Of a stretch of DNA of 64,000 nt, positions 42,383 to 51,127 are shown piece by piece. The DNA lies in NCBI GenBank assembly GCA_964567575.1, contig CAZMMZ010000003.1, forward strand, positions 4,328-68,327. The letters run 5' to 3'. A program made the translations under genes and the position numbers. A model generated the notes under the pieces. The model saw only the letters and a program-made list of their open reading frames with translations. It did not search any database and was not told the DNA's origin. The first letter of the stretch is position 1; each line of letters opens with the position of its first letter. Source of the DNA: Candidatus Undinarchaeota archaeon (GTDB lineage Archaea > Undinarchaeota > Undinarchaeia > Undinarchaeales > UBA543).

Positions 42383-43083
42383 AATTGAATTTCAAAAACA
42401 ACAAAGCGCAGTTTTTCATAGCGAGCGCTGTCATCATCATCATCATGCTCTATTTCATTTACTTCCATGTGCTTGGTCGCAATGAACTTGATTCATCAAC
42501 GTTGCAAACTTCTGATTTGTCTTATACTTTGAATAATATTCGCGAGGAATATGATTCAGTTGTTGAATTAGCATTGTCTGGTGTGTCGATTAATGGTGAA
42601 GGTGATCGGGACGCAGCACTGGATGGGAACTTAACGTTGTTTTCGAGCTTTGTTGCGAATTTAACAGCGCAACAGCATATTGTTTCGGACATTACTGCAG
42701 GCCGGCTGGATGCAAATGCTACTTACATGAATGCAAGTGTTAACATAACTCTCAAGGGTTTGACTTCTCAGGCAACTGCTCGGTTCTATGCAGTTAGTGA
42801 AATCCGAAATGCAATTACTCAGCTTGTGACTTGCACATCTGGGCCAAATGTTTTGGATTTCAGAGTGCGCGTGTTGAAAGAATATCTTGAGCCAGTTGTT
42901 GATTTAACTGCTGGGAATTTCACAGTGGTGTATGATGGTGGGGGTATTTCTCCTAGTGTGACGCACGAGGGCGCTGGTGTTTATTTGTTTGAATCATCTA
43001 CTGCATGTGCTGGAAGCGATTCTTTATCAGTTACTGTAATTGATAATAGAAATATCAAAGCAGCACACACCACTACAACATAA
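42379..43083 (+). CDS. Type IV pilin-like protein (KA/Q-type)
   Basis: MKLNFKNNKA / QFFIASAVIIIIMLYFIYF. Its ATG overlaps the previous stop (ATGA). Confidence 0.65.
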   Translation: MKLNFKNNKAQFFIASAVIIIIMLYFIYFHVLGRNELDSSTLQTSDLSYTLNNIREEYDSVVELALSGVSINGEGDRDAALDGNLTLFSSFVANLTAQQHIVSDITAGRLDANATYMNASVNITLKGLTSQATARFYAVSEIRNAITQLVTCTSGPNVLDFRVRVLKEYLEPVVDLTAGNFTVVYDGGGISPSVTHEGAGVYLFESSTACAGSDSLSVTVIDNRNIKAAHTTTT

Positions 43084-43145
43084 TTATGTTATAGGTAGAT
43101 TTAAATAAAGGTCTTTTAAAGGATTTCTCAGAAAGGAGGTGTAGA

Positions 43146-43400
43146 ATGAATATATATGTTGGAAATCTTTCATGGGAAATGGACCAAAGCGTATTACGAG
43201 CAGAATTTGCAGCGTTTGGAACAGTTGACTCATTGAACATTATTATGGATAAAATGACTGGTCGATCTAAAGGATTCGGTTTTGTTGAAATGTCAAATGA
43301 TGATGAAGCAAAAGCAGCTATAGCGGCATTAGATGGTAAAGAAGTCGGCGGACGAGCAATTAAAGTTAATGAAGCTAAGCCAAAAGAACCACGAGTTTAA
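43146..43400 (+). CDS. Single-RRM RNA-binding protein (bacterial Rbp-like)
   Basis: RNP-2 IYVGNL and RNP-1 KGFGFVEM, 84 aa, preceded by AGGAGGTG 6 nt upstream of the ATG. Confidence 0.9.
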   Translation: MNIYVGNLSWEMDQSVLRAEFAAFGTVDSLNIIMDKMTGRSKGFGFVEMSNDDEAKAAIAALDGKEVGGRAIKVNEAKPKEPRV

Positions 43401-43467
43401 TTAACTAATCTTTTTTGATTATACTTTTAAGCGTTTGGATGTAAGAACACAGGCGCACTCTTTTTAT

Positions 43468-43926
43468 TTAATTTTTAAATTTAAATCCAAATAATCTTCC
43501 AAGTTGATACAAATTATTTTTCTTTTTTCTCCGCCTGCTCGCGGAGGTAGAGCGAGGACGTTCGCCTTCGGCGAAGTCCTGATTGAAGTTGGTTAGTATT
43601 TTTGTAGATTTTTTTACAGGTTTTTTAGCAGGCGCAGGAATGTGTCGCGGCGTTACTGTTTTACGCTCTCGCGCAGGCGCGCGCGCCTGTTGCACAGGTT
43701 CTACAGATTTTTTAATTTCATTATTTTCTAATTCATCTTCTAATAAAAATAAAGAATCTACACTTGTATTGAAATGTTTTGCAATTTTTTTTGCTAAAAG
43801 AAGGTTAGGAATACTCTTCCCACTCTCAATCAGGCTTATTGTTTCACGATGAGTGTTGGTTTCTTGCGCCAAATGAGCTTGTGTCATTCGTCTGCGCGCA
43901 CGAAACTCAGGAATTCTAGTTTTCAT
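43468..43926 (-). CDS. XRE-family HTH regulator with a long basic C-terminal tail (paralogue of 31864-32223)
   Basis: MKTRIPEFRARRRMTQAHLAQETNTHRETISLIESGKSIPNLLLAKKIAKHFNTSVDSLF, then an Ala/Arg/Pro/Lys-rich tail encoded by locally G+C-rich DNA. Confidence 0.8.
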   Translation of the reverse strand: MKTRIPEFRARRRMTQAHLAQETNTHRETISLIESGKSIPNLLLAKKIAKHFNTSVDSLFLLEDELENNEIKKSVEPVQQARAPARERKTVTPRHIPAPAKKPVKKSTKILTNFNQDFAEGERPRSTSASRRRKKKNNLYQLGRLFGFKFKN

Positions 43927-43932
43927 GTAACA

Positions 43933-43980
43933 GTAACCACCTCATAATGTGAGGTTAACCTCACATAATGTGATGTTAAC
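43933..43980. promoter_or_regulatory. Operator-like array upstream of the XRE gene: two ~20-bp direct repeats, each holding an inverted repeat, with GT(T)AAC every 21 bp
   Basis: ACCTCA-TAATG-TGAGGT (43939-43955), GTTAAC (43954-43959), TCACAT-A-ATGTGA (43961-43973), GTTAAC (43975-43980), and GTAAC at 43933. The array lies between a TATA-like TTATTTATAC (minus strand, about 43990-44000) and ATG 43926. Confidence 0.6.
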
Positions 43981-44004
43981 ATTACATTTTGTAGGTATAA
44001 ATAA

Positions 44005-44313
44005 CTATTTCTTTCGAAATTTATTTTCTTCTTCTTTAACATCGTGTTCCAGCTCAATCATATTTCTACTCATCTTTTTTTTCATTTCAGTAATTGTAGT
44101 TTCTCCTAACCACACATTAAGTGGGTTTTCTAAATTTTTATGAATTCTATCTGTTATTTCACCTAATTCAAAATTAATATAAAAAAGATCTCCACTTTTA
44201 ATCATTGCTGCTCGTTCCAAAAGTGTTTCTAACTTTTTTCTGTAATTTATTTTCATTTGCATGATTCCTTCATACATTGTTTTAAGCTGTTTATTGCTAT
44301 TGATTAATTCCAA
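44005..44313 (-). CDS. Hypothetical helical protein
   Basis: ORF with a TTG start in the track. The frame is open further upstream, and an internal ATG is possible. No motif recognised. Confidence 0.35.
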   Translation of the reverse strand: MELINSNKQLKTMYEGIMQMKINYRKKLETLLERAAMIKSGDLFYINFELGEITDRIHKNLENPLNVWLGETTITEMKKKMSRNMIELEHDVKEEENKFRKK

Positions 44314-44528
44314 ATCTTGTTCAAAAATTTCACCCCGTAAAAAAGGGACACACTCGTGCAGTATTCTCCAATAAACTTTTTTTGTTTTTAAAATTGTATG
44401 TTAAAACCAGATTTTTTATTTATCTCGTTAATAATTAGTCTCAAATTCTTCTTTGTTTTCGTTAATAATTTTTCTGTTATTCTTTCAACCATTCTAAAAA
44501 CATATTCATTTTAATACTTTATAACAAT

Positions 44529-45725
44529 TTATTTCTTCAAAAATTCAACTTCTTCTTTATCTAATTCCAAATTTAGATTCACTTTCTTCTTCAGCATTTG
44601 CCTGAAATAAGGCATTTGCTCTTTTGCTCGTTTCCTTGAGCAATGCAACTGTTCACCAATTTTTCCAGCAACTTGTTTGCGCATAGCTCGGCTTGCTCTT
44701 GTTCTACCCATTCGCATTAAATAAGTTGGTGGCATGTATCTAGTGAACTTGTTGTACTTCTGCTCCTTTGCTAAAGCAGTACCAAGCGCCATTAATTCAG
44801 CACTGTAACTCATGAATGTCCAAGCACCGCGCCGTGCAATCCTTCCCGTGAAAACATCTGCGCGTGAAATTGCATCAAAAGCTTTTGCAACTTCCTCAGG
44901 TTTCTCATACTCTTTTGGAATTGTTTCAATAAGCCACAACATAATCTCATTCGGACTTTTATCACAATCCCAAACACTTTGCATAATTGTTTTAGGATCT
45001 TTGGATTTGTAAATCGCAAACAAAGTATCGAAAATGCTCTTAACACGATCTCGTTTTCCAAGTACTTCCAAATCCTTCATTGTAATCTTGTCAATTCCAG
45101 ATAAAGTTTCAATATCATTAATTGCAGAGCGCAAATCACCTTCAGCTCTACGAGAAATTTCAGCAATCACAGTTTCGTCAATATTCATTCCTTCTTTTTC
45201 AGCAATTTCTCCTAATCGCTTTGCCATTGAACGAATATCCACTTTCCTCAAATCAATACCTCTACATTTTTTCTTGAGTGTGCGGAGTTTCTGATTCCAC
45301 TTGTCAGTTGCTGTGAGAATCATTGGGAAGCAAGTCTTATCAACAATCTTGCCTAGTGTTGCCATACCACCGCGGTCTGAATTTCCATGAACACCATCAA
45401 CTTCATCAACAAGAATTAGTTTGCCATTACTTGGAATCAAACTCTGCTGATTGCAAGCGCATCCAATCTTTGCTTCAATCTGATCCTTTTTCCGATAGTC
45501 AGATGCATTCATTTGAATAAGCTCATAACCAAGTTCTTCAGCTACAGCAATTGCAATTGAAGTCTTGCCACTGCCTACTGGTCCTGTGAGGAGAATAGCT
45601 TTCTCTGGCTGTTGTTTAAAATTTTGAACAAAATCAAGAATTGCTTTAACACTACCAGCTTGCCCAACAACTTCGCTTGTGTTAGCAGGACGATACTTCT
45701 CAACCCAAGGGAGTTTGTTTGTCAT
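44529..45725 (-). CDS. rfcL: Replication factor C large subunit
   Basis: LPWVEKYRP..VVGQ, LLTGPVGSGKTS, LILVDEVDG, and a basic C-terminal PCNA-binding-like tail. Confidence 0.9.
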   Translation of the reverse strand: MTNKLPWVEKYRPANTSEVVGQAGSVKAILDFVQNFKQQPEKAILLTGPVGSGKTSIAIAVAEELGYELIQMNASDYRKKDQIEAKIGCACNQQSLIPSNGKLILVDEVDGVHGNSDRGGMATLGKIVDKTCFPMILTATDKWNQKLRTLKKKCRGIDLRKVDIRSMAKRLGEIAEKEGMNIDETVIAEISRRAEGDLRSAINDIETLSGIDKITMKDLEVLGKRDRVKSIFDTLFAIYKSKDPKTIMQSVWDCDKSPNEIMLWLIETIPKEYEKPEEVAKAFDAISRADVFTGRIARRGAWTFMSYSAELMALGTALAKEQKYNKFTRYMPPTYLMRMGRTRASRAMRKQVAGKIGEQLHCSRKRAKEQMPYFRQMLKKKVNLNLELDKEEVEFLKK

Positions 45726-46696
45726 TACTTTTCTTTTCCAATAGCATAAATCTGCGCAAGCAGTGCAACAACTTGAATGCGTGCATCTGCGCCTTCAATA
45801 ATTCTGAAATTATATTCACCAATTTTGTCAAGCAAAGTCACAAGCTTCTCTTGTGGCAGTTCCATTTTCAATACGCACTGATGCATTTGTCGAACAACAT
45901 CCTCGCCACTTAAACCTTGTTTAATCATAACACCGTCAAGCTGGCTTCGAGCCTCTTCGAATTTACCATCAAATGCTTTCTGAACGCATTCTTCAATATC
46001 TTGTGGTCGCGCTTTAGCAGCAACTTTGTAAACTGCTTCTGCATTAATTTGCTTCACAGTTGAAGCAGTTGCTTGCAAGAGATTAATTGCCTGACGCAAA
46101 TCTCCGCCACTAACTTCAAGCAAAGCTTCCATACCATCATCACTAATTGCAACACTTTCTTTTTCCCCAATCATTTGCAATCGTGCTTTAACATCTTCCT
46201 GCGCAACAGGTAAGAATCTGAAAAACGCGCACCGACTTTTAATTGGATCAATAATTTTTGAATTATAATTGCATGCTAAAATGAAACGGCAAGTTGCAGT
46301 GTAATCTTCCATAGTTCGTCTCAATGCTTGCTGCGCTTCGCGAGTAAGGGCATCACTTTCATCAAGGTAAATTATTTTGTAAGGAACATTTCCAATTGGT
46401 CTGGTTCTTGCAAAATCTTTTACTTTCACACGAACAACATCAATACCTCGTTCGTCACTTGCATTTAATTCCAAAAAGTTTCCGCGCCAGTTATCGCCGA
46501 ATAGTTCGCGGGCTATTGCTATTGCGCATGTAGTTTTCCCAGTTCCAGCTGGACCTGCAAATAACAAATTCTGCAGAGTCTTGTTCTCTACAAAAGATTG
46601 CAGTCGGCTCACTATCTCTGTTTGACCAACTACATCGTTTAACAATTGAGGTCGATACTTTTCAGTCCAGACCTGCTCGAATAATTCTTCAGCCAT
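45725..46696 (-). CDS. rfcS: Replication factor C small subunit
   Basis: VWTEKYRPQ, LLFAGPAGTGKTT, IIYLDESDALT, SRC motif (IKSRCAFFRF). Confidence 0.95.
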   Translation of the reverse strand: MAEELFEQVWTEKYRPQLLNDVVGQTEIVSRLQSFVENKTLQNLLFAGPAGTGKTTCAIAIARELFGDNWRGNFLELNASDERGIDVVRVKVKDFARTRPIGNVPYKIIYLDESDALTREAQQALRRTMEDYTATCRFILACNYNSKIIDPIKSRCAFFRFLPVAQEDVKARLQMIGEKESVAISDDGMEALLEVSGGDLRQAINLLQATASTVKQINAEAVYKVAAKARPQDIEECVQKAFDGKFEEARSQLDGVMIKQGLSGEDVVRQMHQCVLKMELPQEKLVTLLDKIGEYNFRIIEGADARIQVVALLAQIYAIGKEK

Positions 46697-46789
46697 TTCT
46701 CCCCAACGTGTTGTATGAGCGGGGATATTTAATGTATTCGGTTTTCGAGTTTCTTATTATTTATATACCCCTTTTGCATACGCTTCTAT

Positions 46790-49036
46790 ATGAATAAAAG
46801 CAATCAATTGGCACTTTTCTTAGCCATTTTAATTCTAATGTTTGCGACTTTGCCTACTACATTTGCAAGTGAGCAAGTCACAACTGTATATGATGCAGAT
46901 TTGTCTGTTTCTGTATCTGAAATAATTCCAACTACTGTTAATCCATTTGACAGTCAGTATTTTACATTTGAATCAATTCAAATTCGAAACTCTGGACAAG
47001 CTCCGGTTATCTGCAAAATCCCAACTGGACTTGATAATGGTGATGGGAAGATTTCAGAAGATGAATACTGGGCAACTCTTGCATATAACAAACTTGACAA
47101 AGATGGAGATTCATTCCAAGGACTTTTTAATTCATTCATACTTGATGATATTTTTGTAAATGAAGAATCACTTCTTAATGGAATTGCCTTATTGAAAGAA
47201 AAGAAGTTAATCACTGAAGAATCCGCGCTATTCTATACTCGAAAAGAATCTCGGATAACTAGTGGATTCTGCAAAATCAAAATTCTTGATTCTATGCCAG
47301 GACAAGGTTCAAAACTAATAAAAGAATTCACACTTGACAGAAATCTTGCAGCAGGAACTTCTGTTATTCTCTCAACAAAATTCAAGGACTATGTAATTGA
47401 AGGTGCAGGAATGCATAGTATACAAGTTATTGCAGATTATGATAACTTGCTTCTTGAAAAAAACAAGGATAACAATGTTGCAGATCTTCAAATATATGTA
47501 AATGCATTCCAACCGGATTTATTCTTTATGGGGTCAAATAAGATTTATAACCGTGGTCCCGCGCCTATGCTTTGCAACCGGTTCAAAATAAACAAAGGTG
47601 TGTTTGCTCCATCAAAGAAAGCATTTGGTGAAACTCCAAGAACGCGCGTACTTTCATACATGCTTCTTTCTGAAACAATTGCATATGCAGAAGCAAATGG
47701 GCACACGTGGTTCTCTGGCGAAGATATGAGAACGGTGTTTGATTCCTCTGCTATTTTCGAAACTTATTATGATGATTATCCAAACACAGAAAAATACAAA
47801 AACCGCATTTTCGCTTTGTTGTCTGAAAATCTTTTGGATCATGAAAATGTTCATCCTGTTTTGAAACAACTTGGGGGTTCATTCTGGATTGCTGATAATG
47901 TTTTAATAAGAAATTACTGCTGGTTTGGCGATGCTGATACAGAAGAAGATGTTTGCAAAGATCCTATTGCTTTAGATCAAGCTATTGTTAATCCAGGAAG
48001 CTTTGTTCCAATTGGTGGAGTAACTGCTGGTTTCAGTAATGTAAATTGTTTTGCTCTTGAAGATTCCAATCAAGATAATAATCTTTACTCTGAAGGATTT
48101 GAAAATCAATTCATTGAGAATCCATCTTCACTTGAAACCAAAGTCAGTATAAATTTAGAATTGGATAACAAATATTGTGATGGGATTGTTAATGTTTACA
48201 CTTCAACAACCGGAACCGAGTGGGGACTTGTTAATGCGATTCCAACCTGCCCAACTCGACAATGTAATAATATTGACACCGAACTTACAATTTCAAATCT
48301 CTTTAGCTACATTAAATTAGAGAGTAAGACCTGCACTCTTAAAGATTCTTCAATTACAATATTGGATTCAAATTACGGAGATCCATTCACTCGCGTGTCA
48401 GAATATTGTGGTAATAGTTATGGGTGGTCAGTACCACTTAAAGCAGATGATGAAGTAATCCCAATTGACAAATGCTCTCCAAAAATTGTTTCACATATTC
48501 ATTATTTCGGTGGCGGTTCTGAAGGAGTAAATACTGAAAAAGATGCAGTTGTTTATTTAAACACCCCAATTCCTTCAACTTCAAATGTTGAAATTTTAGT
48601 TGACGAGGTTTATGATATTCTTGTGGGTGAACCAACAGACTTTTTATTCCAGTTGAAAAATAAAGGAGTTAAACCAATTGATGAGCTTGATGTTGAGCTA
48701 GAATTTCCAAACGACGCTTGTTTAGATAGCACAACACAAAAAGCCACGATTTTCAATCCTAATAGTCGAAAAGATGTTATCTTTACTTTCGATCTTCCAA
48801 CAATCACTTTTGTTAATAGTTATCCACTCACCATAAATGTGAAACGCGCTGGTTATACTATTGCCAGCAAAGAAGTCGAAGTTCGTATTGTGAAAGATGA
48901 TTATTTACTACTCTATACTATCTATGGATTAATTGGCGTTGCTGCTATTGGTCTTATAGTCATTGTATTGAAATTTACTGGTATTCATGAGAAAATATTT
49001 AAAAAGAAACATAGACGAAAACGTCGGAAGAAGTAA
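46790..49036 (+). CDS. Large (748 aa) secreted protein with CARDB-like beta-sandwich modules, a C-terminal TM anchor and a basic tail
   Basis: Signal peptide LALFLAILILMFATLPTTFA. CARDB-like stretches are DLSVSVSEIIPTTVNPFDSQYFTFESIQIRNSGQAPV and VDEVYDILVGEPTDFLFQLKNKGVKPIDELDVELEF. The TM helix is LLYTIYGLIGVAAIGLIVIVL, followed by KKKHRRKRRKK. Confidence 0.7.
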   Translation: MNKSNQLALFLAILILMFATLPTTFASEQVTTVYDADLSVSVSEIIPTTVNPFDSQYFTFESIQIRNSGQAPVICKIPTGLDNGDGKISEDEYWATLAYNKLDKDGDSFQGLFNSFILDDIFVNEESLLNGIALLKEKKLITEESALFYTRKESRITSGFCKIKILDSMPGQGSKLIKEFTLDRNLAAGTSVILSTKFKDYVIEGAGMHSIQVIADYDNLLLEKNKDNNVADLQIYVNAFQPDLFFMGSNKIYNRGPAPMLCNRFKINKGVFAPSKKAFGETPRTRVLSYMLLSETIAYAEANGHTWFSGEDMRTVFDSSAIFETYYDDYPNTEKYKNRIFALLSENLLDHENVHPVLKQLGGSFWIADNVLIRNYCWFGDADTEEDVCKDPIALDQAIVNPGSFVPIGGVTAGFSNVNCFALEDSNQDNNLYSEGFENQFIENPSSLETKVSINLELDNKYCDGIVNVYTSTTGTEWGLVNAIPTCPTRQCNNIDTELTISNLFSYIKLESKTCTLKDSSITILDSNYGDPFTRVSEYCGNSYGWSVPLKADDEVIPIDKCSPKIVSHIHYFGGGSEGVNTEKDAVVYLNTPIPSTSNVEILVDEVYDILVGEPTDFLFQLKNKGVKPIDELDVELEFPNDACLDSTTQKATIFNPNSRKDVIFTFDLPTITFVNSYPLTINVKRAGYTIASKEVEVRIVKDDYLLLYTIYGLIGVAAIGLIVIVLKFTGIHEKIFKKKHRRKRRKK

Positions 49037-49039
49037 AAG

Positions 49040-49729
49040 ATGGAAAAGAAATATCCACAACACTTTGCAATTATCCCTGATGGATGTCGTAGATGGGCAA
49101 AGGAACGTAATCAAATGCCATGGGAAGGGCACAAGAAAGGTGTTGAAGTTATAGAAGAATTACTCCAATGGTTTGTTGATACTTATCCAACCAAATATAT
49201 TACTGGTTACGGACTTTCTATTGAAAATTTCAACAGAGCAAAGAATCAGCTTGATGCATTGGCAATGCTTTATTCCAAACACTTTATGCGAATTGCCAAT
49301 GATGAACGCACACACAAAAATGAAGTTCGTGTGCAAGTGTTAGGTAGGGTTGATCTTCTTCCAAAAAAAGTTCAGAAAGCAATAAAGAGTGCAGAAGAAG
49401 CAACAAAAGATTACGATAAACATATTTTTAATATTGCATTGGCTTATTCCGGCAGATCAGAAATTGTTGATGCTGTGAAAAAACTAAATGAAGCTGGTTC
49501 TGAAATTTCTGAGGAAAACATTTCAAAAAATCTTTATCAACCAGATGTTCCAGAGCCTGATATGATATTCCGAAGTTCTGGAGAGCAACGAGTAAGCAAC
49601 TTCCTGCTTTGGCAGGGCGCTTATTCAGAATTGTTTTTTGTGGACAAGTATTGGCCTGATGTAACAAAAGAAGATATTGCAAAAGCAATGGATGAATTTG
49701 ATTCAAGGCAGAGACGATACGGAACTTAG
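49040..49729 (+). CDS. uppS: cis-Prenyltransferase (undecaprenyl diphosphate synthase family)
   Basis: HFAIIPDGCRRWA, GYGLSIENFNR, RSSGEQRVSNFLLWQGAYSELFF. Confidence 0.9.
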   Translation: MEKKYPQHFAIIPDGCRRWAKERNQMPWEGHKKGVEVIEELLQWFVDTYPTKYITGYGLSIENFNRAKNQLDALAMLYSKHFMRIANDERTHKNEVRVQVLGRVDLLPKKVQKAIKSAEEATKDYDKHIFNIALAYSGRSEIVDAVKKLNEAGSEISEENISKNLYQPDVPEPDMIFRSSGEQRVSNFLLWQGAYSELFFVDKYWPDVTKEDIAKAMDEFDSRQRRYGT

Positions 49730-50775
49730 AACAAGTATTTCAAATAAGATGTGTATTTCCAAAGCATTGGATTTTTTACAAAAGCTTTCAATAATTTTGT
49801 TGGGTGATCCATATCCCCGTGTTCAGCAAAAACTTTTTTGATTTCTTCTTTATTTAACAAATCCCACAGATTATTCATTTCATTATCGCTCATCTTTTTT
49901 ATTCTGTTTCGTATTCTTCTTCCCAAACTAAAGTCCCAAAAGAATTCTTTTTGCCAATTTTTTTCATAACTTTCCAAATTATTTTTCTTAATTGAATTTG
50001 CTAAAATTTTAGCAGATTTAAAACCAAAATAAACACCACCGCCTGTTGTTGCTTTTACCTGTCCAGCAGCATCTCCAACAACAGCAATGTTCCCATTTGT
50101 AAATTCAGGTCTTACTGATATAGGAATAACTCCTGCATTTGTTGAAAGAATTTCTGGCTCCTCAAATTTATTTTTCAAAAAATTATCAAGATACTCTTTT
50201 ACATTAGTATTTGTTGCAGCTCCAACCCGAAGCCGATCCCCTGCTGGAACAATCCATGCGAAAAATCCTGGAGCAAAGTTGTCTCCGAAATACATTTCAA
50301 TAAAATCCCTTCCATAATCTTCAATTGGGATTTCATATTGTAATCCAACGAGTTTCTCTTTAATAGGCTTTAAACCAGAAAGCCGCGCCACAATTGAATT
50401 GGGTCCATCAGCTCCTATAATATATTTACTTTCAAAATTTAAATCTGAAACATGTTTTGTTTGAATATTAATTCCTTCTGCTAATTTTTTATCAAACTTT
50501 TCGCGGTCAATAACATATGCTTGATCTTGATCTCGTGCAAGTTCAAATTTTTTCCCAGAAGGTGAATAAATTCGCGCGCCTTTAACTTTGTTTAAAATAC
50601 ATTCTTGTGGGATTTCATAAACAGAATCAATATTTTTGCTAATTAATCCAGTGCATTGCACAGGTTTTCCGATTTTTTTGTGCTCTTCGTAAACAGTTAC
50701 ATCTAAGTCCTTCAATTGCTGCGCTAAGAATAATCCAACTGGTCCAGCGCCAACAATCGTGCAATCTCCTCCCAT
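49726..50775 (-). CDS. Geranylgeranyl reductase family flavoprotein (digeranylgeranylglycerophospholipid reductase-like)
   Basis: CTIVGAGPVGLFLAQQL FAD fold, IIGADGPNS, VGDAAGQVKATTGGGV. Start taken at ATG 50775; the track uses GTG 50796. Confidence 0.85.
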   Translation of the reverse strand: MGGDCTIVGAGPVGLFLAQQLKDLDVTVYEEHKKIGKPVQCTGLISKNIDSVYEIPQECILNKVKGARIYSPSGKKFELARDQDQAYVIDREKFDKKLAEGINIQTKHVSDLNFESKYIIGADGPNSIVARLSGLKPIKEKLVGLQYEIPIEDYGRDFIEMYFGDNFAPGFFAWIVPAGDRLRVGAATNTNVKEYLDNFLKNKFEEPEILSTNAGVIPISVRPEFTNGNIAVVGDAAGQVKATTGGGVYFGFKSAKILANSIKKNNLESYEKNWQKEFFWDFSLGRRIRNRIKKMSDNEMNNLWDLLNKEEIKKVFAEHGDMDHPTKLLKAFVKNPMLWKYTSYLKYLF

Positions 50776-50809
50776 AAAGCTTAAATCCCTTAACACCCAT
50801 TTATATCTT

Positions 50810-51127
50810 ATGATAGACGAACTTGACAGCCTTCTTGCTAAGTCAAAGAAAGTAAAGAAAGATCCGTTTGAGGGTCACCGCGATTTTAGAAAAGAACTTC
50901 TTGAAGTCATTGATGAATTGGAAAAGGAGCAGAACTTATCTTTCAAAAAAGAAGAAGTGTTTGAGCGTACAGATTCTAGAAAAATACCAAGAGAAGAAGC
51001 TGAAGTTGAATTTGATGATTTAATTGCAAGTGGGATAATTCGGGAATTAAAAGGCGGGGATGGGATTTATCAGCGAGCAAATCGCGGAGATTATTCACCT
51101 GCGTTTGAAGATATGCCTGATTGGTGA
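50810..51127 (+). CDS. Small acidic hypothetical protein
   Basis: 105-aa ORF from ATG 50810, helical and E/K-rich. Confidence 0.4.
   Translation: MIDELDSLLAKSKKVKKDPFEGHRDFRKELLEVIDELEKEQNLSFKKEEVFERTDSRKIPREEAEVEFDDLIASGIIRELKGGDGIYQRANRGDYSPAFEDMPDW

Noticed and set aside
44420-44475. A 12-nt direct repeat TCGTTAATAATT (two copies about 35 nt apart) in the spacer downstream of rfcL.
   Set aside because: A short AT-rich repeat in an AT-rich spacer is plausible by chance. There is no associated inverted symmetry, and no adjacent regulator points to it.
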